A DNA stretch of 64,000 bases from Amoebidium appalachense (lineage: Eukaryota; Protista; Ichthyosporea), in assembly GCA_963693365.1 (NCBI GenBank), contig CAVNZM010000001.1, positions 863,554 through 927,553 of the forward strand, read 5' to 3'. Shown here one piece after another: positions 19,136-33,600 of this stretch. The notes under the pieces are model-generated. The model had not been told where the DNA came from. It made no database searches and worked only from the letters and a program-made list of their open reading frames with translations. The translations under genes were made by a program, and so were the position numbers. Position 1 is the first letter of the stretch. Every line of letters starts with the position of its first letter.

Positions 19136-19862
19136 GAAATTCAATAAGCACATAAGCCGCTTAAAGAAGTATTTGCCCTCCCACCCTCTCTTCTCTATCC
19201 GACCTGTCCCCTCCTCACCTCTCCCCTCTTTCCTCCCCTCTCTCTCCCCTTCTCCCCTGGGCACAAATACAAATAAACCCCGCAATAGTGTGTGTGTGAC
19301 TTTGGACTGCCACTTACTTATTAAACATGTACACAATCACAAGATAATCACGCAATATAACAAATGGAAAAAGATACCACACGACACTAGACCCGATGAA
19401 AGCATACACCTTGAAAAACTAAGCCTTATGTCTCGTTTTATATATACTGACCGCCTCAACCATATTGCCAAATATGGCACTCGCAAGTGTATAACACCTA
19501 AATACATATTACCTTCCTGTAGAACTGGTCTTTCTCTAGCTGATGGTATTATTGATCAATTACCACGCTTTTACTGTACACGTGCTATACAGTGGAGATC
19601 TAATAAGTATAAGGTGGCATCATTTGCATGCCCAAACAACACACACACACACCAGTTTAACCGGTCATGTATCGCCAAATGTAGTTTGATAGACCACATA
19701 ATACCGCAACACACACACGTCACATTCACAACAGACACCCAGAAAGATAGCCTACCTGTAAATTACAACATCCTTGATTTTATACTAAACACGCGTAACT
19801 ACGACCTGTTTATTAGATGTATTGATTGCTTGAGAAACACATCACTACAAAATTATAGCGCA

Positions 19863-19933
<71 letters not shown>

Positions 19934-19965
19934 CCAGCTGATACCGAGTGTCCCGAGGGGAGCCC

Positions 19966-20004
<39 letters not shown>

Positions 20005-20203
20005 GGGGAACCCCAACTAATTGATTTCTCCTTGTAGTCTTTATGGTGTCTCGTAGAGAAAGTAAACCCTGATATATAGTCACCACCCGACATCTATGTA
20101 CGTGATCATGATATACCGCTGAGGGGATATTCCGAGCAAACCCCCCCCCCCCATACCTGAGACTGGTTCTCTTTGCCTCGAGTAAACAGCGTAAACCCCC
20201 CCC
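19136..20203 (+). mobile_element. 5'-truncated LINE (family 1), ~1.07 kb
   Basis: Near-identical to the reverse complement of 26645-27690; has a 1-bp deletion near the ORF2 end and ends GTAAACCCC. Confidence 0.93.
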
Positions 20204-20771
20204 ATGTCTTTTGCTAATTAATCAGACATAATTGGAATCAAGAGCTATTAATAGCCGAGTGTGACCCAGGCCCACACTGAGAACTCAAATAAGATCTACC
20301 TCCGGCAGCTATAGTGTATTTTTTGGCAAAACATCCCTGTGAATTCCTCTACATTTTACCCCCCCCCACACACACACACCCTGTCCTTCCCCTCCCAAAT
20401 CCTCCGCTAGGAAACATGATGCCCAACCCCCCCCCCCCCCCCCCCCCCAAATAGGAACTCCCCCCTCCGCCCGCGTGCTCCCCCCCCCCCCCCCCCCCCC
20501 CCCAAATAGGAACTCCCCCCTCCGCCCGCGTGCTACGTACGCAATGGGGGTTCTAAAAAAAGATTCAAAAGAAACTTGAAACTAAAGAAATATTTGGTCT
20601 ACCCAAGCACAGAGTTCAAAATGACAATTAGGACACTGGTCCCACCACAAACAACCCTTCCCTGCCAGAAAATGTGCTAATGGTACGTGATTGTGTGCAT
20701 AGCCGGGCGCCAGTGTTTGTGTGTATGCACAGCCGTATGCAATGCATGTCTACACTGTGTGTGTGTTGGGC

Positions 20772-20821
<50 letters not shown>

Positions 20822-20999
20822 TGTGTGTGTGTGGGTGCGCACCCGCGCACGTCTGAGACTCTACCGTGACAGTGTGATTGCGGATGTGCACATGCACGTG
20901 TGGGTTAGGAAACGTGTGCAGATGTGAATGTGCACCGCCCACCTTGTGGGTGGTGTGCTTGCGGTTCAGGCAACCATGGGGATACCTGCTGGTGTGTGT

Positions 21000-21060
<61 letters not shown>

Positions 21061-21454
21061 GAAAGAGAATTTACACCCACACTGCACCTAGAACTAGCGG
21101 GGCAGGAAGACTGCATATGCATGCTTGTGCTGTCTTCCCACCCATGGAACATCAATCAAGGCAGCCCGACGTGTGAGACGCGCCGCAGGGATCACATGGT
21201 CCTCACCTAATATGTTGGATTTTGCTACAACATACATGCCACTCTTCGTGTCGACCCCGTCGCTGGCTCTTATGCGGTGGCTTTCTGCCGTCTGCCTGGC
21301 TGGTCGCGCATACCAATCCACTCGAGCCATCGGAATAACCACATGTTGGGACAGCTGTTGCTCGTTGCTGTCATTGTTTGTTATCGGCGCTGTCACCGTT
21401 ATGACCGCGCGGAAAAAATACCGGATGACACCGAAGTAGTGACCTGTAGGTTTG

Positions 21455-23566
<2,112 letters not shown>

Positions 23567-23760
23567 TGTTGGCTTTATGTACAGGGGCCGTTAATATTGG
23601 TGTTTTTATCAAGTAAGTTTGTCGAGAGGTGCATGTGTGTGTTTAATGGATAGGATGATACACAAATTCATTTAAATACCATAGTATTGTGATACATATA
23701 CACATGATGTAGTATTATGCATATAACCATGTGTGCCGGAGAGGGGGGTGAGTGGGGGGT

Positions 23761-23796
<36 letters not shown>

Positions 23797-24920
23797 CTTT
23801 ATGGTTGCGCGCAATAGCAATATGGCTATGGCGTTGGTTCAATGAGTACTACTTGCAGACCGCCTTTTGCGACCCCCCTCCCCCCACCTTATCCCCTTTT
23901 TAATGTTTCAATCTATCCACACTTCCCCCTATTCTCTGTAGGCCTATTTGCCCCCCTTCCCCCCCTCCAAGAAAAAAAAAACAAAAAAACAAAAAAACCA
24001 TGGCATACCTTTCTTCCCCTACCCCTGCCCCAGCCACAGCACCTGCTCAAAACCTTCCACACAAAATCCCATAATTGATACCCATCCACATCCACGCACC
24101 GGCACACTTCACAACACAAGCTGAGGGCAGGCTAAACAGCTGCACAAGAGCTCCCATCCCAAAGCTACATTCCTTTTGCATAGCACCAACATCTCAAACT
24201 TCTAGCACATTTCACTTTTGGCCTCTCCCATCGCCTTTTCCACAGACTCACACCCCACTGCACCCCCCTCTCCTCCGAGTCACACCCCCTTTCTCCTAAA
24301 AGAACACCGACACCACACTCACAAAAGCTACTGCATGAGACCCCCCCCCCCCCCCCCCCACCACCCCCACCCCCACCCCCCAAGTCCTTCCCTTTCAATC
24401 GACACACCAAACTATGTACTTGAAACCCACCTGAAGGATCAGACGGGAAAAGGGAGGCGCAGACTCTGCTACGGAGCGTACGTCCATCCGCAAGACTTCC
24501 AAAGTGATGGTTGTGAATGTCTGCCATGCGGTGTTTAGTTATAGTGGGATGGATAACGTAGTTTGCACTAAGGCTCTGCCTACGGCATGCACAAGCTCGC
24601 CGGCCGCTAACAGCAGAGCATACAGAGATGTTGTCTGGTTTGTTGCGGTGGAGAGACCGGCAATGTGGACGGACTAATAAGTGGTTAGTTGTTAAGTCAT
24701 ATTTGAGGCCATGGGTATGGTAAATTTGTGTATGGATGGAATGGTGGTTTTGATGTATCCTTGTTAAATTGGTTTGTACTGTTTCTTCCCCCAATTCTTT
24801 GTTTTCTTCTTCCCTGCCAGTGCCACTGGTTGGGTGTGTACATGCATGTAGATTTACTTGTGTGTCTAGCTAGTGCCAGGTGTGTGCTTCTTTCTTTCTT
24901 TTAAATTTTTCTTTTTCCAT

Positions 24921-24951
<31 letters not shown>

Positions 24952-25128
24952 GGCCGGGGGAGGGGGGGGGGGGGGGAGGGGGCTGACGGTACCGGTGTGT
25001 ACTGTGTTGTGTACATGTGTGTACATGTGTTCCAATTGCGCATGCGTGTGTGCCACTGTGTGTGTGTGTGTGTGTGTGTGTGCCACGGTACCGGGGTGTG
25101 TGTGTATGTGTGTGTGTGTGCCACGTCG

Positions 25129-25170
<42 letters not shown>

Positions 25171-25590
25171 CAGTTTGGAGCCAGTACTGCAGTGTACCCA
25201 TTCAAACTTGAACTTGTTTGAATTTATAATTATAATGTTGATCGATCTGGCATGATGTTAGCACGGTGCTGCTCTACATGTGTGTTTGCGAATAGGCCTA
25301 CTAGGGGCCAACGTTGTAATTGTGTTAAGCTGGTTTGCCCTTGCTATAAGGTATCATGCGCGCATGCCAGTTGTCTAGCTACCTGATGTTGGTCAAACAT
25401 AATGCATGCATATGAATTCCCTAATATATAATAATCAAGGCCTTAAGCTTGATTTCCTTCCCCTCAAACTGCTTTCCTCATGACCTTTTGGCAAATCTGC
25501 ATGTACAGCTGTGACTACTAGTACTGTTTTTCAACCCCCATGCCAGTGCATTCTGCACATAGGGCCTTTGAACAGCTGCAGATGAGCTCG

Positions 25591-25784
25591 GGGGTTTACG
25601 CTGTTTACTCGAGGCAAAGAGAACCAGTCTCAGGTATGGGGGGGGGGTTTTGCTCGGAATATCCCCTCAGCGGTATATCATGATAACGTACATAGATGTC
25701 GGGTGGTGACTATATATCAGGGTTTACTTTCTCTACGAGACACCATAAAGACTACAAGGAGAAATCAATTAGTTGGGGTTCCCC

Positions 25785-25825
<41 letters not shown>

Positions 25826-25857
25826 GGGCTCCCCTCGGGACACTCGGTATCAGCTGG

Positions 25858-25908
<51 letters not shown>

Positions 25909-26644
25909 TGTGTGTGTGTGCGCGTGCGCTATAATTTTGTAGTGATGTGTTTCTCAAGCCAATCAATACATCTAATAAACAGGTCGTAGTTACGCGTGTT
26001 TAGTATAAAATCAAGGATGTTGTAATTTACAGGTAGGCTATCTTTCTGGGTGTCTGTTGTGAATGTGACGTGTGTGTGTTGCGGTATTATGTGGTCTATC
26101 AAACTACATTTGGCGATACATGACCGGTTAAACTGGTGTGTGTGTGTGTTGTTTGGGCATGCAAATGATGCCACCTTATACTTATTAGATCTCCACTGTA
26201 TAGCACGTGTACAGTAAAAGCGTGGTAATTGATCAATAATACCATCAGCTAGAGAAAGACCAGTTCTACAGGAAGGTAATATGTATTTAGGTGTTATACA
26301 CTTGCGAGTGCCATATTTGGCAATATGGTTGAGGCGGTCAGTATATATAAAACGAGACATAAGGCTTAGTTTTTCAAGGTGTATGCTTTCATCGGGTCTA
26401 GTGTCGTGTGGTATCTTTTTCCATTTGTTATATTGCGTGATTATCTTGTGATTGTGTACATGTTTAATAAGTAAGTGGCAGTCCAAAGTCACACACACAC
26501 TATTGCGGGGTTTATTTGTATTTGTGCCCAGGGGAGAAGGAGAGAGAGAGGGGAGGAAAGAGGGGAGAGGTGAGGAGGGGACAGGTCGGATAGAGAAGAG
26601 AGGGTGGGAGGGCAAATACTTCTTTAAGCGGCTTATGTGCTTAT
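25591..26644 (-). mobile_element. 3' part of a 5'-truncated family-1 LINE (its last ~34 bp lie at 31445-31478)
   Basis: Near-identical to 26645-27681. A 13-bp TSD GCAGATGAGCTCG at 25578-25590 and 31475-31487 brackets the whole compound insertion. Confidence 0.9.
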
Positions 26645-26838
26645 GGGGTTTACGCTGTTTACTCGAGGCAAAGAGAACCAGTCTCAGGTATGGGGGGGGG
26701 GGTTTGCTCGGAATATCCCCTCAGCGGTATATCATGATCACGTACATAGATGTCGGGTGGTGACTATATATCAGGGTTTACTTTCTCTACGAGACACCAT
26801 AAAGACTACAAGGAGAAATCAATTAGTTGGGGTTCCCC

Positions 26839-26881
<43 letters not shown>

Positions 26882-26913
26882 GGGCTCCCCTCGGGACACT
26901 CGGTATCAGCTGG

Positions 26914-26964
<51 letters not shown>

Positions 26965-26966
26965 CG

Positions 26967-29900
26967 CTATAATTTTGTAGTGATGTGTTTCTCAAGCCAA
27001 TCAATACATCTAATAAACAGGTCGTAGTTACGCGTGTTTAGTATAAAATCAAGGATGTTGTAATTTACAGGTAGGCTATCTTTCTGGGTGTCTGTTGTGA
27101 ATGTGACGTGTGTGTGTTGCGGTATTATGTGGTCTATCAAACTACATTTGGCGATACATGACCGGTTAAACTGGTGTGTGTGTGTGTTGTTTGGGCATGC
27201 AAATGATGCCACCTTATACTTATTAGATCTCCACTGTATAGCACGTGTACAGTAAAAGCGTGGTAATTGATCAATAATACCATCAGCTAGAGAAAGACCA
27301 GTTCTACAGGAAGGTAATATGTATTTAGGTGTTATACACTTGCGAGTGCCATATTTGGCAATATGGTTGAGGCGGTCAGTATATATAAAACGAGACATAA
27401 GGCTTAGTTTTTCAAGGTGTATGCTTTCATCGGGTCTAGTGTCGTGTGGTATCTTTTTCCATTTGTTATATTGCGTGATTATCTTGTGATTGTGTACATG
27501 TTTAATAAGTAAGTGGCAGTCCAAAGTCACACACACACTATTGCGGGGTTTATTTGTATTTGTGCCCAGGGGAGAAGGGGAGAGAGAGGGGAGGAAAGAG
27601 GGGAGAGGTGAGGAGGGGACAGGTCGGATAGAGAAGAGAGGGTGGGAGGGCAAATACTTCTTTAAGCGGCTTATGTGCTTATTGAATTTCAGCGCGAGAT
27701 AGGATACTCTAGCAGCTATTGGGACCAGACCATATATCGAGAGCGTTACAGGCCCAGGTTTACAACAGTTGTTGGATAGAAAGGAGGCAACTTCTGCTTT
27801 AAGGAAATTTGCCAAGGGTTTAAGCGCTCTAGTTCTCTCTTTCTTGATCCAAGCGGCGAGAAGGGGTAAACCATATTCACATGCCGGGAAGACAAAAGTG
27901 CGAATAAATGTAAGTCTAATAGAAGGATGGAGGGGTGTGTCTTTAAAAATATTAGCCGAGAAGAAAGCTAACCGCTTACGAGCCAACTCTACCCTCTTTT
28001 CGACCATATGGGGAAACATAACACCAACAGAATCAACCGGAACACCAAGATATTTGTATTCTGGAACTATAGGTACAGGTTTAGATGATAATGTAAATGT
28101 GTGTAAATTGTTAGCTATATCAGGGACAAGAACACCACATTTGTCTATGTTAAGGATCATAAGGTTTGCCTTGCACCACTCTGACACTACATCGAACAAT
28201 CTTTGCAGGCGTCTAGGGGTACGGGCAAGGAGGGACAGATCATCAGCATAGAGAAGTGCAGGCGGAAAGTTATTAATAGGGTCATCGTTTTCGGCGTAAA
28301 TCTTGACAGCCAAATCATCTATAAATAGGTTAAACAAAAAGGGGCTAAGCAATGAACCCTGCAAGAGACCTCTAGTACGAGCAAAACCATATGAAAGATG
28401 CCCATTAACCACAGCTCTACCATAGGTTTGAGACAAGAGTGCTTCTAACAGAACACCAATGCAGTGTGGTACACCCCGTGCAGCAAGCTTTTCCCATAGG
28501 AGACCAGGGGAGACAGAATCGTAAGCAGTTTTCCAATCAATAAAGCCAACATATTGTGCACCAACTTGCATAGAATCGTGCAGTGCCATTATTTGAACAT
28601 AACATGAATTGTTTTTACGAAAAGCGGATTGGCATGGGTGTATGTGAAGAATAGATTGAAACCTAGGGTGATGTGCAAATAACCTAAGTAAGCAAGCTTC
28701 AAAGAATCTACGAACAACCTGGGTTAGTGTAATGGGGCGAAAGGATGATATGGGGCCCTCAGAGTCCTTCTTAACTATGGGGATCACTAAGGTATCTAAC
28801 CAAGATGACGGGACATGTCCACATTTAACACACCAAGAAAAGAGAGAGCTTAACATGATAGTAAGATCAGGTTTAATAGCACGATCACTTTCCTTTTGTG
28901 GGTAGGAGGGAACAAGGATTTTAAGAAACCCAGCAGGGAGTCCATCAGGTCCACAAGACTTACTAGAGCTATAACTAGATATCACAGACCATATGGCATC
29001 GGGACTGAAAAAGGGGAGGATCGATTCTATGGGGATAGATGGGTCTACAGGCCACACAATAGGTTTCTGAGCGGGGGTCCTATCTTTAAACAGTTCCGAG
29101 AAATACTTATCAGAGTCTATGAGGGGGTCTCCAGTGGTATCACCAATAATACGAGCAGGGGGGCCAAATCGATTCATACTAGCAAGCCGGCGCAAGCTTT
29201 CCTTTTGAGACAGGGGTTCACCTAGTCTAGCGGGAGTGGTGTTTGGTAACAAGAGAGCATCGGGATATTCCTTCCTACCACCGCCAGCATAATCACCGAG
29301 ATCTATCAAATCATCAACAATAAAGTTAGTGCATGTATCTAGTACGAGATGTGAATCTGGCCTGGCTTGTGCAGATTCTAATAGGCGCATATATATAGGG
29401 TGTTTCGTAGCATAGCATACACATACATCAACTCTACCCCACTGTGACTTAAGCTGGGATAGACGGAGGCGAAAGGTGGGAGGGGGAGGGGGGAGCAGAT
29501 CAAGGGAGATCTTAGGTAGGAAAAGGATAGGAGAGTGGTCAGATGACCTAGAGAGGTTAGGAGGGAGAGAGAGTTTTGACATGGTTGATGGCCAAAAGGC
29601 CACTCCCCAGTCGGTGTTGTGGGCATGGGATATTTGAGGGAACCGCAAAGTGTGACTTTGGACATACCTTGCTAAAGGGATAGCACGCTCCGGGGGCTTA
29701 GATGGGTACCCGACACTCACTTGCAGTGTGTCTGTGTGGTGGAGTCGCGTGTTAAAATCACCTAAAATAACAGTGGACATTGGTAACTGTGACAACTCGT
29801 GAGTCAATTCGACAACCGACATAGATGGTGGGTAATATACAAAAGTAAAAACATTAGAAAGAAACTCTATAGAAACCGAGAATTCCGTTTTTGCTACCGG

Positions 29901-30161
29901 TTTGCACTTCACTCTCACGTGTGGTGCGGCAAGTACAATAATGCCTCGGTTTTTCGCGTAACCGGGGTGTGTGGATGTGTCGACCAATGTAGAGTTGAAT
30001 TTGTGGTGGTTTTTAAACTGTGTTTCGCAAATCACTGTAAACGTGTGGTTGTTTGTCTGTTGTTGTATGTAGCTGATTTTATCGTCGAGTGTCCCGGGGG
30101 GGAGACCCTTTTGGGGGCCCAGTGTCCGAGCATTCCAGAAGAAGAAGGATAAATTAGGCAT
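26967..30161 (-). CDS. LINE ORF2: AP-endonuclease + reverse transcriptase + C-terminal Cys-containing region (1064 aa)
   Basis: APE motifs WNART, ICET, YYPP, LGDFN, SSDHSPI; RT motifs GPDGLP, FRPITL, QSAFR, FIDWKTAYDSV, GLLQGSLLSPFLFN, LLYADD, YKYLGV. Confidence 0.97.
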   Translation of the reverse strand: MPNLSFFFWNARTLGPQKGLPPGTLDDKISYIQQQTNNHTFTVICETQFKNHHKFNSTLVDTSTHPGYAKNRGIIVLAAPHVRVKCKPVAKTEFSVSIEFLSNVFTFVYYPPSMSVVELTHELSQLPMSTVILGDFNTRLHHTDTLQVSVGYPSKPPERAIPLARYVQSHTLRFPQISHAHNTDWGVAFWPSTMSKLSLPPNLSRSSDHSPILFLPKISLDLLPPPPPTFRLRLSQLKSQWGRVDVCVCYATKHPIYMRLLESAQARPDSHLVLDTCTNFIVDDLIDLGDYAGGGRKEYPDALLLPNTTPARLGEPLSQKESLRRLASMNRFGPPARIIGDTTGDPLIDSDKYFSELFKDRTPAQKPIVWPVDPSIPIESILPFFSPDAIWSVISSYSSSKSCGPDGLPAGFLKILVPSYPQKESDRAIKPDLTIMLSSLFSWCVKCGHVPSSWLDTLVIPIVKKDSEGPISSFRPITLTQVVRRFFEACLLRLFAHHPRFQSILHIHPCQSAFRKNNSCYVQIMALHDSMQVGAQYVGFIDWKTAYDSVSPGLLWEKLAARGVPHCIGVLLEALLSQTYGRAVVNGHLSYGFARTRGLLQGSLLSPFLFNLFIDDLAVKIYAENDDPINNFPPALLYADDLSLLARTPRRLQRLFDVVSEWCKANLMILNIDKCGVLVPDIANNLHTFTLSSKPVPIVPEYKYLGVPVDSVGVMFPHMVEKRVELARKRLAFFSANIFKDTPLHPSIRLTFIRTFVFPACEYGLPLLAAWIKKERTRALKPLANFLKAEVASFLSNNCCKPGPVTLSIYGLVPIAARVSYLALKFNKHISRLKKYLPSHPLFSIRPVPSSPLPSFLPSLSPSPLGTNTNKPRNSVCVTLDCHLLIKHVHNHKIITQYNKWKKIPHDTRPDESIHLEKLSLMSRFIYTDRLNHIAKYGTRKCITPKYILPSCRTGLSLADGIIDQLPRFYCTRAIQWRSNKYKVASFACPNNTHTHQFNRSCIAKCSLIDHIIPQHTHVTFTTDTQKDSLPVNYNILDFILNTRNYDLFIRCIDWLEKHITTKL

Positions 30162-31338
30162 CGGTTTGGTCCGACACCTGTGGGGTTGGTTCCCACTTGT
30201 CGCTTACGGGGTCGTATGCACGACCTTCCGCCAGCGCGAACAGTTCGCAGAAGAGCTCGATTTCCATCTCGCATCGGCGTTTGCGCTCGAGCAGTTTCTC
30301 ACCAGAAAACATTGGTTCCTTCGTGTCCGTGTCTATCACGCTCGTAGCATCATTTTCCAACTTTGCGAGGAACTCTTTTGCCTTGCTGATGCGTACACGA
30401 CAACGTGTGGCGCACGCATTCTTAGCAGACACTTTACGTTCTTTGTCTGCTTTCTGAACGTTTTCCGGCGCGCATGGGTCGTAGCTTGGGAGGTGGGTGA
30501 AGAAGCTTCCACACCCCTTTGTCGCGTCACGGATGAACGCACGGTTATAGTCGCCCCGTACTGCTACTTCCAGCACATCGTATCCAATGAAGGACAGACA
30601 AAGGATGCGAGAGCACCGGAAGCCGAGAGCCTTGAAGATGGACCACATGGCCCTGTGTGGGCGTCTGCCGTGCTTGACTTTGAAATACACCCTCTCGTAT
30701 TTGGGTGGGATGTTGATGTTACCGTTTGCTTGGGTGTTCCCCTTAGCCGGCGGTTTGGGAGGGGAGTTGCGGCGGTACTCGTTGCCTGCAAGAATGCTGG
30801 CATATGTTTCCTTGGCAATTTGGCGGAGCTCGGGTGTTTTACGAGAGTTCGCATATTCTAGGAACTCTGCCGGGAGCTGTGCTTCCGGTCCTGTGTTGTT
30901 TTGTGTTGGGGTGGAAATGTCTCCGTCGCGAGATGTTTGCTCATGAGTTTTGGGGTTTTGCGATCCACTAATGTTTAGCTGGGCTGTGAGTGAATCAATG
31001 GTGAGCTTGAGTTGGGTATTTTCTGTTTGGAGTTTTTCTATCATGTTCTTGAGTGGTAACAGCTCATTTAGCTGTTTCTTAACGAGGGCAAGTTCTGCCA
31101 GTACTGTATCAACCGAAAGTTTCGGCATGGTTGTTATTGTGTTTCTACGGAGTGGTGTGGTGTTATTCTGAATGGGTAGTGTATTGTAAATAGGTGTTGC
31201 GCTTAGTCTAAGGCGATGTTTTTCTGGTTGTGCATCTGTGGTAGGTGTATCTGCTGGACGTTTTAATGGTCGCACATGTGTGATGGGTGTAGATGGAACT
31301 TTGAAAGAGGTTTTGAAACGATTATAGGCATGTGCCAT
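30154..31338 (-). CDS. LINE ORF1 (394 aa; coiled coil + putative RNA-binding domain)
   Basis: Lies upstream of ORF2 and overlaps it by 8 bp; has a heptad-like stretch LALVKKQLNEL..LQTENTQLKLTIDSLTAQL. Confidence 0.85.
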   Translation of the reverse strand: MAHAYNRFKTSFKVPSTPITHVRPLKRPADTPTTDAQPEKHRLRLSATPIYNTLPIQNNTTPLRRNTITTMPKLSVDTVLAELALVKKQLNELLPLKNMIEKLQTENTQLKLTIDSLTAQLNISGSQNPKTHEQTSRDGDISTPTQNNTGPEAQLPAEFLEYANSRKTPELRQIAKETYASILAGNEYRRNSPPKPPAKGNTQANGNINIPPKYERVYFKVKHGRRPHRAMWSIFKALGFRCSRILCLSFIGYDVLEVAVRGDYNRAFIRDATKGCGSFFTHLPSYDPCAPENVQKADKERKVSAKNACATRCRVRISKAKEFLAKLENDATSVIDTDTKEPMFSGEKLLERKRRCEMEIELFCELFALAEGRAYDPVSDKWEPTPQVSDQTDA

Positions 31339-31944
31339 GACATGGATGGGGGTGTTCCCCGGCCCTTAGGGCCACGGATGGCCTGGTTTAGGGGTGGATG
31401 CGCGAAGGATACTATTTATTAGCAGATAATAAAGAGCGACATTTTTGAATTTCAGCGCGAGATAGGATACTCTAGCAGATGAGCTCGTAGTGTTGAATCG
31501 GGCGTAATCGGGCCCAATCGGATTGCAATCGTTGATAATCAAATCGCGATCGGCGATCTAGCGTGATATGTGTAGTAGTAGGATCCTCGATAAATTCTAC
31601 AAATGCATAGTTCCGAGGTACCCATAAAAACAGCACGGCGGCCGGTCAGCGGTCGAGCCAATAAACCTTGCAAAAACAACATAAAGGCGGCCTACACACA
31701 TTCTCCACCGCTGCCGCTTGCAATTCTGTTTCAGCTACGTTCATAGACATGTACTGACAACGACACGCTTTACCGCCACGGGGCTGGAAAACATGTTTTG
31801 CGACGTCTTGTTTTCAGTGGCTCATGAGATAATTCAGTTTCCCATTAGTCATCCTCGATCAATCTCATTACATCCTCGAGCAATCAGCCACACACCTCGA
31901 TTCCTAATTACATTCCGAGTTTTCCATGCACCAAACGGACACCA

Positions 31945-33436
31945 CCCTCGCCTGTGGGCCAAGTTAGCCACTCGCGGTGTCCCATTCCAAATGGGTCGGC
32001 TACTGGAAGCTATGTTTACGTTTACACGCGGACGAGCGGTGGTTAATGGGCGGCTATCCCCAGGGTTTACCCGCACGCGCGGGGTACTTCAAGGGTCCCT
32101 GCTAAGTCCTCTTCTTTTCAACCTGTATATTGATGATTTAGCCGACACTCTTTCTGCGGCACAAATTGACGGGGGGTTGCCATCCCAGGCTCCTCCCGCC
32201 CTCTTTTTTGCCGACGATATTGTGCTTATGTCATCCGATCCTCTCGAACTACGGCAATACATTCGTGTGGTTGAACATTGGTGCCAGCGCAACGATATGC
32301 AGATTAATGTCAAAAAGTGTGCCCTTTTATCAAAATCGATACCGGCATGGGACGACGTTTGTATTTTCGGCAGTCCCCTCCCTCGCCCAATCGAATACAA
32401 GTATTTGGGGATTCCGGTGGACGAATGGGGCATATGTTTCAAACGGATGATCGACCGTCGGGTGGAGAGTGCAGGCAGGTGTCTTCGGTTATTTCGGGAT
32501 GTGTATCTTGCTACTCTTTCTCATACTGTCCACCTATACAATCGTCTTAGTATATTTCGCACATATATTCGCCCTTTGTCGGAATACGGGTTGCCCTTAC
32601 TAGCTATGGCACCCCCTGATACTGTTACTAATGTCCTCAAATCATTAGATGATTTCCATTACACAACTTGTTGTATGTTTCTCACTGGTCTTTCCACACC
32701 TATCCCTAGACGCCTTTTTGATTCTCTCTACGCACTCACACCACCATCACAACGCGTACACGAATTAGCCCTTAAATTTCACGAGCACATCACCCGCCTG
32801 TCCGCTTGTGCCCCGGACCACCCGCTCTTCCGGCTACACGCATCCCCGCCGGATTCGCCCCTGTACCTCTTCCCTTCCCCATCGTCTCTGCCCATTGCCG
32901 AGCGCTATGTGGAATGGCTGGCGACCCCCCCGGAGGTACGGCTAGATCATAGTGTGAATATGAATAGTTTCAAGTCTATGGCTGATAGATATCTTTTTAC
33001 TCTACGTGTTGAGTCCCTTCCGGTGTTAGGACCGCACAAACACCAACTACTAGTAGCCTATATGGCGGATACGGTTAGAGAGTCTCGTTCATACATAGAT
33101 TCGTTTATTCGTAATGTGGTGTGGTGTAAAAACGCAAAGATGATTATGGCTTGGCGGTGTAATCGGTTTCTGGTGTCTCCTGCTCGTATGTGTAATATGT
33201 GTGGGGGGTGGTTTACTCGCGGCTGCATATCTATCAATAAATGCAACCTGTTAGCTAATGTATTAGAACCGGAGGTTATTGGCGGTTTTATTCTCTTTTC
33301 TTCATCTCTTCCTCAATATATCCGTTTTAAGATGACTATCCTAGATCACCTTATTAATGCTGCACAGTATGATATTGTGATCCGGTGCCTTAACTTTCTG
33401 TCGGAGCTACCGATGCTAGCATCTGCTTACCCATAA
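31945..33436 (+). pseudogene. Partial LINE ORF2 (RT motifs to C-terminus)
   Basis: LWAKLATRGVP, GVLQGSLLSPLLFN, FFADD, YKYLGI and WRCNRF..CNMCGG align with family-1 ORF2. The upstream part of the listed 31718 ORF is flanking DNA. Confidence 0.9.
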
Positions 33437-33600
33437 TATGTAATAGGGGTGTCAGATACTACGATGGCGCTCATTGTTGCCTAGCATGTACATATGTCAC
33501 TGGCTGCATTTGATTGGCTGTGCTGGAAAACGCAGTAGGCCGTCGAATGTGGCTGGGCCTCCGGCAATGTCCACGCAATAAAAAGTGTGTAAACCCCCCC
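31945..33600 (+). mobile_element. 5'-truncated LINE, family 2 (related clade)
   Basis: RT C-terminal half runs to the stop at 33436; the 3' UTR ends AATAAAAAGTGTGTAAACCCCCCC. Confidence 0.88.

Larger units (their letters stand above)
26645..31444 (-). mobile_element. Full-length two-ORF non-LTR retrotransposon (LINE family 1), ~4.8 kb
   Basis: ~105-bp 5' UTR, ORF1, overlapping ORF2, and a 3' UTR with (CA)n, an internal A-run and a GTAAACCCC end. Confidence 0.93.

Noticed and set aside
30383-30391. TTGCTGATG matching the TIR motif
   Set aside because: It lies inside the intact LINE ORF1 with no subterminal repeats or junction; a chance match.
31339-31444. Possible HDV-like or hammerhead ribozyme in the LINE UTRs
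   Set aside because: Only short hairpins were seen (CTTTATTA/TAATAAAG, GGCCCTAAGGGCC); I could not identify the catalytic core or pseudoknot by eye.
31718-31944. N-terminus of the 572-aa RT ORF
   Set aside because: No RT similarity and a TTG start; it is flanking DNA fortuitously in frame with the truncated LINE.
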